Below the pieces are notes generated by a model that was not told where the DNA came from, made no database searches, and worked only from the letters and a program-made list of their open reading frames with translations. From assembly GCA_964016885.1 (NCBI GenBank), contig OZ024744.1, positions 4,712,001 through 4,776,000 of the forward strand: a stretch of 64,000 bases of DNA, in the 5' to 3' direction. Position 1 is the stretch's first letter, and each line of letters starts with the position of its first letter. The stretch comes from Eledone cirrhosa. Taxonomy: Eukaryota. Below, piece by piece: positions 14,001 through 32,749 of the stretch. Both the position numbers and the translations under genes were made by a program.

Positions 14001-17000
14001 ACACTACAATATATCACACCACACTACCATATATATACCAACACACTACAATATATCACACCACACTACAATATACCAGATTACACTAAATCACAACTTA
14101 CTACAATATATTACATCACACTACATCTATATCACATCACACTACAATATAACACACCACACTACAATATATCACATCACACTACAATATATCACACCGC
14201 ACTACAATTTACCACACCACATTATTATATATACCACCACACTACAATGTATCACACAACACTACTATATACTACACCACACTACAATATACCACACTAC
14301 AATATACCAGCCCAAAATACATTATTTCACATCACACTACACTATACCACACCACACTACACTGTAGCACACCACAATTATGTATACCACAGCACACTTC
14401 AATATATCACACCACACTACAGTATATCAAACCACACTACACTATATCACACCACACTACAATATATCACACCACGTTACACTATATCACATCACACAAC
14501 AATATATCACACCGCACTTCATTATACCACATAAAACTACAATATACCACACAATACTACACTCTATCGCACCACACTACAATATACCACACCACCCTAC
14601 AATATATCACACCACACTTCAATATACCACACACCATTATAACACAGCACACTACAATATACCACACTACACTATATTATACCACACCACACTACTATAT
14701 ACCACATCACAATACACTATACCACACAACACAACGCTATATCGCACCACACTACACTTTATCACACACCAATACAAGATAATACAACACTCTACAATAT
14801 AATACCCCACAATACAATACACCACTCCATACTCCAATATAACACTCCACACTACACTATATAAAACCGCAATACAGCATACCACACCAAACAACAATAT
14901 ATCAAACCACACTACACTATATCACACCACACTACAATATATCCCACCACGCTACAATATATCACACTACACTAAACTATATCAGACCACACTAAAGTAT
15001 ACGACACCACACTGCACTATATAACATCACACTATCATATACCACACCTCACTACAATATGCCACAGCACACTACAATATACCACACCACACAACAATAT
15101 ATCAAACCACAGTACAATATATCACACCACACTACAATATACCACACCACACTACAATATACAACACCAAACTACAATATATCATACCACATTATTATAT
15201 CCCACACCACATTACAGTAATCCACACCACACTACAATATATCACTCTTCACTACAATATATCACACCACACTACAATATACCAGACAAAACTATAACAC
15301 AAGCTACTGCAATATATTACATCACACTACATCTATATCACATCACACTTCAATATACCACACCACATTACAATATATCACACCGCACTACAATTTACCA
15401 CACCACACTACAATATCCCAAACCATACTACACTCTATCACACCAGACTACAATATACTACACCACACTTAAATGTACTACACTGCACTACAATATACCA
15501 CACCACACTACACTATCCCACACCACATTACTATATGTCCCACCACACTACAATATATCACACCACACTACTATATACTACGCCATACTACAATATACCA
15601 CAATACAATATACCAGACCACAATACATTATTTCACGTCACACTACACTATACCACACCACACTACACTGTACCACACCACACTACAGTATACCATAGCA
15701 CTCTTCAATATATCACACCACACTACAATATATCCCACCACGTTACAATATATCGCACTAGACTACAATATATCACACGACACTACACTATATCACACCA
15801 CACTACAGTATACCACATCACACTACACTATATCACATGACACTACCACACCTCACTACAATATGCCACACCACACTACAATATACCACACCACACTACT
15901 ATATATCAAACCACACTACAATATATCCCACCACACTACAGTATACTACACCGCACTACAATATATCACAGCACCCTACACTATACCACGCCACACTACA
16001 ATATATCTGACCACACTACAATATATCACACTACACTATATCACACCACACTACAATATACTGCACAACACTACACTATATTACACTACACTACAATATG
16101 CCACAACACACTAAAATATATCACACCATACTACAATATATCACACCACACTACAATATATCACACTACACTACAATATATCGCACCACGTTACAATATA
16201 CCACACCATACTACAATATATCACAGCACGTTACAATATATCACACCACACTACAATAAACCACACCGCACTACAATATATCACACCACACTTCAATATA
16301 CCACACACCAATATAACACAGAACACTACAATATACCACACCGCACTATATTATACCACACCACACTACTATATACCACACACAATACATTATACCTCAC
16401 TACAATATACCACACAGCACTACGCTATACCGCACCACAATACACTATATCACACACCACTACAATATAATACACCACACTGCAATATAATACCCCACAC
16501 TACAATATACCACTCCACACTCAAATATACCACTCCACACTACACTATATAAAACCGCACTACAGCATACCACACCATACTACAATATATCACACTACAC
16601 TACAATATATCATACCATACTCTACACTATATCACACCACACTACAGTATACCACAACACACTACATATATCACTTCGCACTACCATATACCACACATCA
16701 CTACAATATGCCACACCACACTACAATATATAACACCACACAACAATGTATAAAACGACTGTACAATATATCACACCACACTACAGTATACCACACCACA
16801 CTACAATACAGCACACCACACTACAATATACTTCACCAACCTACAATATATCATACCACATTATAGTATACCACACCGCATTAGAGTATACCACACCACA
16901 CTACAATACATCACAACACACTACAATATATCACAGCACACTACAATATACATACCAACACACTACAATATATCACACCACACTACAATATACCATATTA

Positions 17001-20000
17001 CACTATATCACAACTTACTACAATATATTACATCACACTACATCTATATCACATCACACTACAATATACCACACCACACTACAATATATCACATCACACT
17101 TCAATATATCACACCGCACTAGACTTTACCACACCACATTACTATATATCCCACCACACTATAATATATCACACAACACTACTATATACTACACCACACT
17201 GCAATATACCACACTACAATATACCAGCCCAAAATACATTATTTAACATCACACCACACTATACCACACCACACTAGAGTGTAGCAGATCATAATTATGT
17301 ATACCACAGCACACTTCAATATATCACACCACACTACAATATATTAAACCACACTACACTATATCACACCACACTACAATATATCACACCGCACTTCAAT
17401 ATACCACATCACACTACAGTATACCACACAATACTACACTCTATCGCACCGCACAACAATATACCACAGCACCCTACAATATATCACACCACACTTCAAT
17501 ATACCACACACCAATATAACACAGCACACTGCAATATACCACATCACACTATAATATACCACACCAGACTACTATACCACACCACACTACAATATTCCAC
17601 ACAACACTACGCTATACCGCGCCACACTACACTTTATCACACACCACTACAATATAATACACCACACTACAATATAATACCTCACACTACAATATACGTC
17701 TCCATACTCCAATATACCACTCCACACTACACTATATCACACCACACTACAGTATACCACACCACACTACACTATATCACATCACACTATCATATAACAC
17801 ACCTCAATACAATATGCCACACCACACTGCAATATACCACACTACACAACAATATATCAAACTACAGTACAATATATCACACCACACTAAAATATACCAC
17901 ACCACACTACAATATACTACACCGAACTGCAATATATCATACCACATTATTATATACCACACCACATTACAGTAATCCACACCACACTACAACATATCAC
18001 TCCTCACTACAATATATCACACCACACTACAATATATATACCAACACAGTACGATATATCACACCACACTACAATATACCAGAATACACTATAACACAAG
18101 CTACTACAATATATTACATCACACTACATCCATATCACATCACACTACACTATATCACAACGCACTACAATTTACCACACCACAATAACATATCCCACAC
18201 CATACTACACTCTATCACACCAGACTACAATATGCTACACCACACTACAATTTACTACACCACACTACAATATACCACTCCACACTACAGTATACCACAC
18301 CACATTTCTATATATCCCACCACACTATAATATATCACACCACACTACTATATACTACGCCATACTACAATATACCACACTACAATATACCAGACCACAA
18401 TACATTATTTCACGTCACACTACACTATACCACACCACACTACACTGTACCACACCACACTACAGTATACCACAGCACTCTTCAATATATCACACCACAC
18501 TACAATAATCCCACCACGTTACAATATATTGCACTACACTACAATATATCACACTACACTATATCACACCACACTACAGTATACCACACCACACTACACT
18601 ATATCACATGACACTACCACACCTCACTACAATCTGCCACACCACACTACAATATACCACACCACACTACAGTATATCAAACCACACTACAATATACCAC
18701 ATCACACAACAATATACCACACCACACTACAATATACCACACCACATTACAGTATACAACACCACACTACAATATACCAAACCACATTACAACATATCAC
18801 ACCACACTACGTTATACCACACCACACTATACTATATAACACGACACTACAATATATATCACCACACTACAATATATCACACAACACTGCAATATACCAC
18901 ATCACACAACAATATACCACACCAAACTACAATATACCACACCACATTGCAGTATACAACACCACACTACAATATATCTCATCACACTACAATATATCTC
19001 ACCACAATACAATATACCAGTCCACATTACAATATATCTCACAACACTACACGCTATCACACCAAACTACAATATACCACACCATACTACAATATACCAC
19101 ACCACACTACAATATACCATATCACACTACAATATATCACACCGCACTAAAATTTACCACCCCACACTACAATATCCACACCATACTACACTCTATCACA
19201 CCATACTACAATATACTACACCACACTAGAGTATACTACCCCACACTACAATATACCACACCACATTACTATATATATACCACCACACTACAATATATCA
19301 CACCACACTACTATACACTACACCACACTACAATATACCAGCCCACAATGCGTTATTTCACATCACACTATACTATACCATACCACACTACATTATACCA
19401 CACCACACTGCAGTATACCACAGAACACTACAATGTATCACACCACACTACAACATATCTCACCACAATACAATATACCAGTCCACATTACAATATATCA
19501 CACCACACTACAATATACCACACCACACTACACTATATCATTCCACACTACAGTATACCACACCAAATTACACTATATCACATCACACTACCATGTACCA
19601 CACCTCACTACAATACGCCACACCACACTACAGTATATCACACCACACTACACTATACCACACAACACTACGATATAACACACCACACCGCAATATATCA
19701 CACCAGACTACAATATACTACACAACACTACAATATACTACACCACACTACAATATACTACACAACAATATACCAGACCACAATATATTATTTCACATCA
19801 CACTACACTATACCACACCGCACTACACTATACCACACCACACTACACTATACCACAGCACACTACAATATATCACACCACACTACAATATATCTAACCA
19901 CAATAAAATATACCAGTCCACATTACAATATATCACACCAGAGTACAATATACCACACCACACTACTCTATATAACATGACACAAAAATATATCACACGA

Positions 20001-23000
20001 AACTATAATATATCACACCACACTACAATATACCATATCACACAAAATATACCACACCACACTATAATATACGACACTACATTACAGTATACAACACCAC
20101 ACTACAATATATCACACGAGATTATAATATATCACACACACTACGATATACCACATCACACAACAATATATCACACCACACTACAATATACCACACCACA
20201 TTACAGTATACAACACCACACTACAATATATCACACCACATTACAATATATCACACCACACTACGATATACCACACCACACTATACTATATAACACGACA
20301 CTACAATATATCACACGACACTACAATATATCACACCACACTAAAATATACAAAATCACACAACAATATACCACACCAAACTACAATATACCACACCACA
20401 TTACAGCTTACAACACCACACTCCAATATATCACATCACACTCCAATATAACTCAACACAATACAATATACCAGTCCACATCACAATGTATCACACCACA
20501 CTACAGTATACCACACCACACTGTACTATATAACACGACACTAAAATATATCACACCACACTACAATATACCACATCACACAACAATATAACACACCACA
20601 CTACAATATTACACACCACACTACAATATACCACACTAAACTAAATCGCAACCTATTACGATATATTACATCACACTACGTTATATCACATCACACTACA
20701 ATATATCTCAACACACTATACACTATCACATCAAACTGCAATATACCACACCACACTACAATATACCACACAATACTACATGCTATCACACCACTCTACA
20801 ATATACCACACCACACTACAATATATCACACCGCACTACAATATACCACATCACACAACATTACAACACATCACACTGCAATATACCACACCGCACTATA
20901 TTATACCATACAACACTACTATATACCACCTCGCAATAAACTATACCACACCACACTACACTTTTTCACACCCCACTACAATATAATACACCACACTACA
21001 TTATGTTAAACCACACTACAATATAGCACACCACGCTACAATATACCACTCCACACTACAATATATCAAACCACACTAGACTATATTTCACCACACTACA
21101 ATATATCCCACCACGCTACAATATATGACACTACACAACAATATATCACACCACACTACACTATATCACACCACACTACAGTATACCACACCACACTAAA
21201 ATATATCACATCACACTAACGTATACCAAACCTCACTACAATATGCCACACCACACTACAATATACCACACCACACAACAATATATCAAACCACAATACA
21301 ATATATCACACCACGATACAATATACCACACCACACTACAATATACTACACCAAACTACAATATATCATACCACATTATTATATACCACAAGACATTACA
21401 GTATACCACACCACACTACAATATATCACTCCTCACTACAATATATCACACCACACTTCAATATATAAACCAACACACTACAATATATCACACCACACTA
21501 CAATATAACAGACTACACTATAACACAACCTACTACAATATATTACATCACACTACATGTATATCACATCACACTACAATATATCACTCCACAATACACT
21601 CTATCACACCACAATATACCACACCACACCACAATATATCACATCACACTACAATATATCACAACGCACTAAAATTTACCACACCACAATAAAATATCCC
21701 ACACCATACTACACTCTATCACACCAGACATCAATATAATACACCACACTACAATATACTACCCCACACTATAATATACCACACCACACTACAGTATACC
21801 ACACCACATTACTATATATCCAACCACACTACGATATATCACACTACACTACTATATACTACAACACACTACAATATACCACACTACAATATACCAGACC
21901 ACAATACATTATTTCACATCACACTACACTATACCACACCACACTACACTATACCATACCACACTACAGTATACCACAGCACACTTCAATATGTCACACC
22001 ACACTACAATATATCCCACCACGTTACAATATATCATACCACACTACAATATAACTCACCACAATAAATATACCAGTCCACGTTACAATATATCGCACCA
22101 CACTTCAATATACCACACCACACTACACTATATAACACGACACTACAATATACCACACCACACTACAATATATCGCACCACACTACAATATACCACACCT
22201 CACTACAATATACCACACCACACTACAACATACTTCACCAAACTACAATATATCATACCACATTAGATTATACCACACCACATTACAATATACCACAACA
22301 CACTACAATATATCACAACACACTACAATATAACACACCACACTACATTATATATACCAACACACTACAATATATCACACCGCACTACAATATACAAGAC
22401 TACACTATATCACAACCTACTACAATACAATACATCACACTACATCTATATCACATCACACTACAAAATACCACACCACACTACAATATATCACATCACA
22501 CTACAATATATCACACCGCACTACAATTTACCACACCACACTACAATATCCCACACCATACTACGTTCTATCACACCAGACTACAATATACTACACCATA
22601 CTGCAATATACTACACCGCGTGACTATATACTACACCAAACTACAATATACCACACTACTATATACCAGACCACAATACATGATTTCAAATCACACTACA
22701 CTCTAACACACCACACTTAAGTGTAGCGCACCACAATATAGTGTACCAAAGCACACTTCAATATATCACACCACACTACAATATATCAAACCACACTACA
22801 CTATATCACAACACACTACAATATATCCCACCACGTTACAATATACCACACCATACTACAATATATCACATCACACAACAATATATCACACCGCACTCCA
22901 ATATACCACACCACACTACAATATACCACACGAATACTACACTCTATCACTCCACACTACAATATGCCACACCACACTACAATATATCACATCACACTGC

Positions 23001-23463
23001 AATATATCACACCGCACTACAATATATCACACCTCACTACAATATATCACACCGAACTACAATATATATACCAACACACTACAATATATCACACCACACT
23101 ACAATATACCAGACTACACTATAAAACAACCTACTACAATATATTACATCACACTACATCTATATCACATCACACTACAATATATCACTCCACACTACAG
23201 TCTATCACACCACAATATACCACACCACACTACAATATATGACACCGCACTACAATTTAATACACCACAATAAAATATCCCACACCATAATACACTATCA
23301 CACCAGACTACAATATACTACACCACACTACAGTATACTACACGAGACTACAATATACCACACCACACTACAGTATACCACACCACATTACTATATATCC
23401 CACCACACTACAATATACCACACTACAATATACCAGACCACAATACATTATTTCACATCACAC

Positions 23464-23649
23464 AAGGGCGGTCGATTGGCAGTATCGGTAGAGGGTCGGA
23501 GGCCTTGCTTTCCAGCATAGTTACGTCCCTTTACGATCTGAGTTCAAATCCCGCCGAGGTTGACTTTGCCTTTCATCCTTACGGGGTCGTAAAATAAAGT
23601 ACCGGTAATGCACTGAGTAATTTCTGAACTTGTGCCTAAAGTAGAAACA
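23464..23649 (+). mobile_element. tRNA-derived SINE, copy 1 (186 bp), with about 17-bp target-site duplication
   Basis: A box TGGCAGTATCGG (23477-23488), B box GTTCAAATCC (23542-23551), body GTTGACTTTGCCTTTCATCCTTACGGGGTCGTAAAATAAAGTACC; flanked by ATTATTTCACATCACAC (23447-23463) and ATTATTTCACGTCATAC (23650-23666). Resemblance to octopus SINEs is from memory, not a search. Confidence 0.88.
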
Positions 23650-25874
23650 ATTATTTCACGTCATACTACACTATACCACTCCACAATTCACTGTACCAGA
23701 CCACACTACAGTATACCACAGCACACTTCAATATATCACACCGCACTACAATATATCCTACCACGTTACAATATATCACACTACACAACAATATATCACA
23801 CCACACTACACTATATCACACCACACTACAGTATACCACACCACACTAAAATATATCACATCACACTACCGTATACCAAACCTCACTACAATATGCCACA
23901 CCACACTACAATATACCACACCACACAACAATATATCAAACCACAATACAATATATCACACCACGATACAATATACCACACCACACTACAATATACTACA
24001 CCAAACTACAATATATCATACCACATTATTATATACCACAAGACATTACAGTATACCACACCACACTACAATATATCACTCCTCACTACAATATATCACA
24101 CCACACTTCAATATATAAACCAACACACTACAATATATCACACCACACTACAATATAACAGACTACACTATAACACAACCTACTACAATATATTACATCA
24201 CACTACATGTATATCACATCACACTACAATATATCACTCCACACTACACTCTATCACACCACAATATACCACACCACACCACAATATATCACATCACACT
24301 ACAATATATCACAACGCACTAAAATTTACCACACCACAATAAAATATCCCACACCATACTACACTCTATCACACCAGACAGCAATATAATACACCACACT
24401 ACAATATACTACCCCACACTATAATATACCACACCACACTACAGTATACCACACCACATTACTATATATCCAACCACACTACGATATATCACACTACACT
24501 ACTATATACTACAACACACTACAATATACCACACTACAATATACCAGACCACAATACATTATTTCACATCACACTACACTATACCACACCACACTACACT
24601 ATACCATACCACACTACAGTATACCACAGCACACTTCAATATGTCACACCACACTACAATATATCATACCACATTATATTATACCACACCACATTACAAT
24701 ATACCACAACACACTACAATATATCACAACACACTACAATATAACACACCACACTACATTATATATACCAACACACTACAATATATCACACCACACTACA
24801 ATATACCAGACTACACTATATCACAACCTACTACAATATATTACATCACACTACATCTAAATCACATCACACTACAATATACCACACCACACTACAATAT
24901 ATCACACCACACTACAATATATCACACCGCACTACAATTTACCACACCGCACTACAATATCCCACACCATACTACGTTCTATCACACCAGACTACAATAT
25001 ACTACACCATACTGCAATATACTACACCGCGTGACTATATACTACACCACACTACAATATACCACACTACAATATACCAGACCACAATACATTATTTCAC
25101 ATCACACTACACTCTACCACACCACACTTCAGTGTAGCGCACCACAATATAGTGTACCACAGCACACTTCAATATATCACACCACACTACAATATATCAA
25201 ACCACACTGCACTATATCACAACACACTACAATATATCCCACCACGTTACAATATACCACACCATACTACAATATATCACATCACACTACAATATATCAC
25301 ACCGCACTCCAATATACCACACCACACCACAATATACCACACGAATACTACACTCTATCACTCCACACTACAATATGCCACACCACACTACAATATATCA
25401 CATCACACTGCAATATATCACACCGCACTACAATATATCACACCTCACTACAATATATCACACCGAACTACAATATATATACCAACACACTACAATATAT
25501 CACACCACACTACAATATACCACACTACACTATAAAACAACCTACTACAATATATTACATCACACTACATCTATATCACATCACACTACAGTATATCACT
25601 CCACACTACAGTCTATCACACCACAATATACCACACCACACTACAATATATGACACCGCACTACAATTTAATACACCACAATAAAATATCCCACACCATA
25701 ATACACTATCACACCAGACTACAATATACTACACCACACTACAGTATACTACACGAGACTACAATATACCACACCACACTACAGTATACCACACCACATT
25801 ACTATATATCCCACCACACTACAATATACCACACTACAATATACCAGACCACAATACATTATTTCACATCACAC

Positions 25875-26060
25875 AAGGGCGGTGGATTGGCAGTATCGGT
25901 AGAGGGTCGGAGGCCTTGCTTTCCAGCATAGTTACGTCCCTTTACGATCTGAGTTCAAATCCCGCCGAGGTTGACTTTGCCTTTCATCCTTACGGGGTCG
26001 TAAAATAAAGTACCGGTAATGCACTGAGTAATTTCTGACCTTGTGCCTAAAGTAGAAACA
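25875..26060 (+). mobile_element. tRNA-derived SINE, copy 2
   Basis: Same sequence and flanks as copy 1 except two substitutions (GGTGGA vs GGTCGA; CTGACC vs CTGAAC); offset 2411 bp. Confidence 0.88.
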
Positions 26061-28475
26061 ATTATTTCACGTCATACTACACTATACCACTCCACAATAC
26101 ACTGTACCAGACCACACTACAGTATACCACAGCACACTTCAATATATCGCACCGCACTACAATATATCCTACCACGTTACAATATATCCCACTATACTAC
26201 AATATATCACACTACAAGACACTATATCACACCACACTACAGTATACCACGCACCACTACAAAATTTCACACCACACTACAGTATACTACACCGCACTAC
26301 AATATATCACACCACGCTACACTATACCACTCCACTCTACAATATATCTGACCTCACTACAATATATCACACTACACTATATCACACCACACTAAAATTT
26401 ACCACATCACATTACAATATACCACAACACACTACAATACACCACACCACACTACATTATATCACATCACGCTACTTTATCTCACAGCACACTACAGTTT
26501 ATCACACCACACTACAATATATCAGACCACACTACAGTATATCACACCACACTGCAATATAACACACCACACTACAGTATATCACACCACACTACCCTAT
26601 ACCGCACAACACTATATCACACTATAATGCCCTATGTCACAACACACTACAATATACCACACCACACTACACTACAATATACCACAACACACTAAAATAT
26701 ATCATACCACACTACACTATATCACGCCGCACTACAATATATCACAGCACACTACGATATATCACACCACACTACAATATACCAGACCACACTAAAATAT
26801 AACACACCGCACCACAATATATCACACCATACTACAATATATCACACCACACTAAACTATACGACACCACACTACAATATATCATATCACACTACAGTAT
26901 ACATATACCACACTACAATATATCACACCATACTGCAATATACCACACCACACAGCAATATATCACACCACACTACAAAATACCACACCACAATACGATA
27001 TATCACACCGCACTACATTACACCACACCACTCTACAATATACTACACCACACTACAATATATCACATCACACTACAATATACCAGACCACACGACAATA
27101 TATCACAAGACACTACACTATACTACACCACACTACAATATACCACGCTACAATATATCATACAACAATACATTATTTCACATCACACTACACTATACCG
27201 CACCGCACTACAATATACTACACAACACTACGCTATACCACACCACACTACAATTTATCACACCCCACTACTATGTATTAAACCACACTACAATATACTA
27301 CACCACACTACAATATACCACTCCACACTACAATATACCACTCCACACTACACTATATCAAACCATATTAGAGTATACCACACAACACTACAATATATAA
27401 AATCACACTACACTATATCACATCACACTACCGTATACCACACCTCACTACAATATGCCACACCACACTACAATATACCACACCACACAACAATATATCA
27501 AACAACAGTACAATATATCACACCACACTACAATATACTACACCAAATTACAATATATCATACCACATTATTATATACCACACCACACTATCGTATACTA
27601 CACCACACTATAATATATCAAACCACACTACAATATATCACACCACACTACAGTATGCTACACCGCACTACAATATATCACACCACACTACACTATATCA
27701 CGCCACACTACACTATACCATACCACACTTCAGTGTAGCGCACCACAATATAGTGTACCACAGCACACTTCAATATATCACACCACACTACAGTATATCA
27801 AACCACACTGCACTATATCACAACACACTACAATATATCCCACCACGTTACAATATACCACACCATACTACAATATATCACATCACACTACAATATATCA
27901 CACCGCACTCCAATATACCACACCACACCACAATATACCACACGAATACTACACTCTATCACTCCACACTACAATATGCCACACCACACTACAATATATC
28001 ACATCACACTGCAATATATCACACCGCACTACAATATATCACACCTCACTACAATATATCACACCGAACTACAATATATATACCAACACACTACAATATA
28101 TCACACCACACTACAATATACCACACTACACTATAAAACAACCTACTACAATATATTACATCACACTACATCTATATCACATCACACTACAGTATATCAC
28201 TCCACACTACAGTCTATCACACCACAATATACCACACCACACTACAATATATGACACCGCACTACAATTTAATACACCACAATAAAATATCCCACACCAT
28301 AATACACTATCACACCAGACTACAATATACTACACCACACTACAGTATACTACACGAGACTACAATATACCACACCACACTACAGTATACCACACCACAT
28401 TACTATATATCCCACCACACTACAATATACCACACTACAATATACCAGACCACAATACATTATTTCACATCACAC

Positions 28476-28661
28476 AAGGGCGGTGGATTGGCAGTATCGG
28501 TAGAGGGTCGGAGGCCTTGCTTTCCAGCATAGTTACGTCCCTTTACGATCTGAGTTCAAATCCCGCCGAGGTTGACTTTGCCTTTCATCCTTACGGGGTC
28601 GTAAAATAAAGTACCGGTAATGCACTGAGTAATTTCTGACCTTGTGCCTAAAGTAGAAACA
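28476..28661 (+). mobile_element. tRNA-derived SINE, copy 3
   Basis: Appears identical to copy 2 including flanks; offset 2601 bp. Confidence 0.88.
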
Positions 28662-31600
28662 ATTATTTCACGTCATACTACACTATACCACTCCACAATA
28701 CACTGTACCAGACCACACTACAGTATACCACAGCACACTTCAATATATCGCACCGCACTACAATATATCCTACCACGTTACAATATATCCCACTATACTA
28801 CAATATATCACACTACAAGACACTATATCACACCACACTACAGTATACCACGCACCACTACAAAATTTCACACCACACTACAGTATACTACACCGCACTA
28901 CAATATATCACACCACGCTACACTATACCACTCCACTCTACAATATATCTGACCTCACTACAATATATCACACTACACTATATCACACCACACTAAAATT
29001 TACCACATCACATTACAATATACCACAACACACTACAATACACCACACCACACTACATTATATCATATCACGCTACTTTATCTCACAGCACACTACAGTT
29101 TATCACACCACACTACAATATATCAGACCACACTACAGTATATCACACCACACTGCAATATAACACACCACACTACAGTATATCACACCACACTACCCTA
29201 TACCGCACAACACTATATCACACTATAATGCCCTATGTCACAACACACTACAATATACCACACCACACTACACTACAATATACCACAACACACTAAAATA
29301 TATCATACCACACTACACTATATCACGCCGCACTACAATATATCACAGCACACTACGATATATCACACCACACTACAATATACCAGACCACACTAAAATA
29401 TAACACACCGCACCACAATATATCACACCATACTACAATATATCACACCACACTAAACTATACGACACCACACTACAATATATCATATCACACTACAGTA
29501 TACATATACCACACTACAATATATCACACCATACTGCAATATACCACACCACACAGCAATATATCACACCACACTACAAAATACCACACCACAATACGAT
29601 ATATCACACCGCACTACATTACACCACACCACTCTACAACATACTACACCACACTACAATATATCACATCACACTACAATATACCAGACCACACGACAAT
29701 ATATCACAAGACACTACAATATACTACACCACACTACAATATACCACGCTACAATATATCATACAACAATACATTATTTCACATCACACTACACTATACC
29801 GCACCGCACTACAATATACTACACAACACTACGCTATACCACACCACACTACAATTTATCACACCCCACTACTATGTAATAAACCACACTACAATATACT
29901 ACACCACACTACAATATACCACTCCACACTACAATATACCACTCCACACTACACTATATCAAACCATATTAGAGTATACCACACAACACTACAATATATA
30001 AAATCACACTACACTATATCACATCACACTACCGTATACCACACCTCACTACAATATGCCACACCACACTACAATATACCACACCACACAACAATATATC
30101 AAACAACAGTACAATATATCACACCACACTACAATATACTACACCAAATTACAATATATCATACCACATTATTATATACCACACCACACTACCGTATACT
30201 ACACCACACTATAATATATCAAACCACACTACAATATATCACACCACACTACAGTATGCTACACCGCACTACAATATATCACACCACACTACACTATATC
30301 ACGCCACACTACACTATACCATACCACACTACACTGTACCACACCACACTACAGTATACCACATCACACTACAATATATCACACCTCACTACATTATATC
30401 ACACCACACTACAATATATCACACCGCACTACAATTTACCACACCACAATAAAATATTCCACACCATACTACACTCTATCACACCAGACTACAATATACC
30501 ACACCACACTACAGTATACCACACCACATTACTATATATCCCACCACACTACAATATATCACACCACAATACTATATACTACACCACACTATAATATACC
30601 ACACTACAACATACCAGACCACAATATATTATTTCACGTCACACTACACTATACTACACCACATTACACTGTACCACACCACACTACAGTATACCACAGC
30701 ACACTTCAATATATCACACCGCACGACAATATATCCCACCACGTTACAATATATCCCACTACACTACAATATATCACACTACACGACACCATATCGCACC
30801 GGACTACAGTATACCACAACACACTACATTATATCACATCACACTACGACATACCACATCTCACTACAATATGCCACACCACACTACAATATATCACACC
30901 ACACTACAGTATATCAAACCACACTACAATATATCACACCACACTACAGTATACTAGACCGCATTACAATATATCACACCTCACTACATTATATCACGCC
31001 ACACTACAATATATCTGACCACACTACAAGATATCACACTACACTATATCACACCACACAACAATATACTACATCACACTAACATATAATACAGCACACT
31101 ACAATATACCACACCACACTACATTATATCACATCACGCTACTTTATATCATAGCACAATATATCATAACACATTATAATACAATATATTGTAAAACTAC
31201 AATATATCATACCATATTATAATATACCACACCACAATACAATATATCACACCACACTACAATATATATACGAACATACTACAATATATCACACCACACA
31301 ACCATATACCAGACTACGCTATACCACAACCTACTACAATATATTACATCACACTACACTATAGCAAATCACACTATAATATATCACTCCACACTACACT
31401 CTATCACACCACATTACAATATACCACACCACAATACAATATCCTACACCATACTACAATCTATCACACCGGACAACAATTTACTACACCACACTACAAT
31501 ATACTACACCACATTAATATATATCCCACCACACTAAAATATATCACACCACACTACTATATACCACACCACACTACAATATAACACACTACAATATACC

Positions 31601-32749
31601 ACACCACAATTTATTATTTCACATCACGCTACACTATACCATACCACACTACACTGTACCACACCACACTACAGTATACCACAGCACACTACAATATATC
31701 CCACCACACTACACTATTTCACATTACACTACCATATACCACAGCTCACTACAATATGCCACACCATACTACAATATACCACACAACACTACACTATATA
31801 AAACCATAGTACTATATATCACACCACAACTACAGTATACTATACCGCACTACAATATACCACACCAGACTAGACTATATCACACCACACTACAGTGTAT
31901 CCCACCACACTATACCACACCGCAATTCAATATATCACACCACACTACACTATACCACGCCACACTACAATATATCTGACCACACTACAATATATCACAC
32001 CACACTACACTATATAACACCTCACTACAATATACCACATTACACTACAATATACTACTTCAAACTACAATATACCATACCACATTATAATATACCACAC
32101 CGCATTACAGTATACCACAACACACAACCATATATCACACCACACTACAATATATCACATCACACTACAATATATATACCAACACACTACAATATATCAC
32201 ACCACACTACAATATACCAGACTACACTATAACACAACCTACTACAATATATTACATCAGACTACATCTATATCACATCACACTACAATATATCACTTCA
32301 CACTACACTCTATCACACCACACTACAATATACCACACCACACCACAATATATCATATCACACTACAATATATCACAATGCACTACCGACACCATACTAC
32401 CCACACCATACTACACTCTATAACACGAGACTACAATATACTACACCACACTACAATATAACATGCTACAATGTACCAGATCACAATACCTTATTTCACA
32501 TCAAACTACAGTATACCACACCACACTACAATATATCTCACCACGTTACGATATATCACACTACACGACACTATATCACACCACACTACGGTATACCACA
32601 CCACACTACACTATATCACATCATACTACCATGTACCACACCTCACTACAATATGCCACACCACCCTACAATATACCACACCACACTACAGTATATCAAA
32701 CCACACTACAATATATCTCACCACACTACAGTATACTACACGGCACTAC

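Larger units (their letters stand above)
21130..26190. repeat. Tandem segmental duplication of about 2.65 kb within the satellite (second copy about 240 bp shorter)
   Basis: Matching ORF-track peptides at offset 2650 (21557/24207, 21991/24641) then 2411 (22741/25152, 23239/25650). Boundaries approximate. Confidence 0.85.
25120..30330. repeat. Near-identical tandem duplication with 2601-bp period
   Basis: 25152/27753, 25650/28251 and 26043/28644 peptides match at constant offset 2601; copies diverge near 27729/30330. Confidence 0.9.

Noticed and set aside
23464-23555. tRNA gene
   Set aside because: A and B boxes are present but no convincing cloverleaf; followed by a SINE body and flanked by a TSD.
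23464-28661. Three independent site-specific SINE insertions
   Set aside because: Identical flanks over more than 1 kb and shared TSD mismatches show one insertion copied by segmental duplication.
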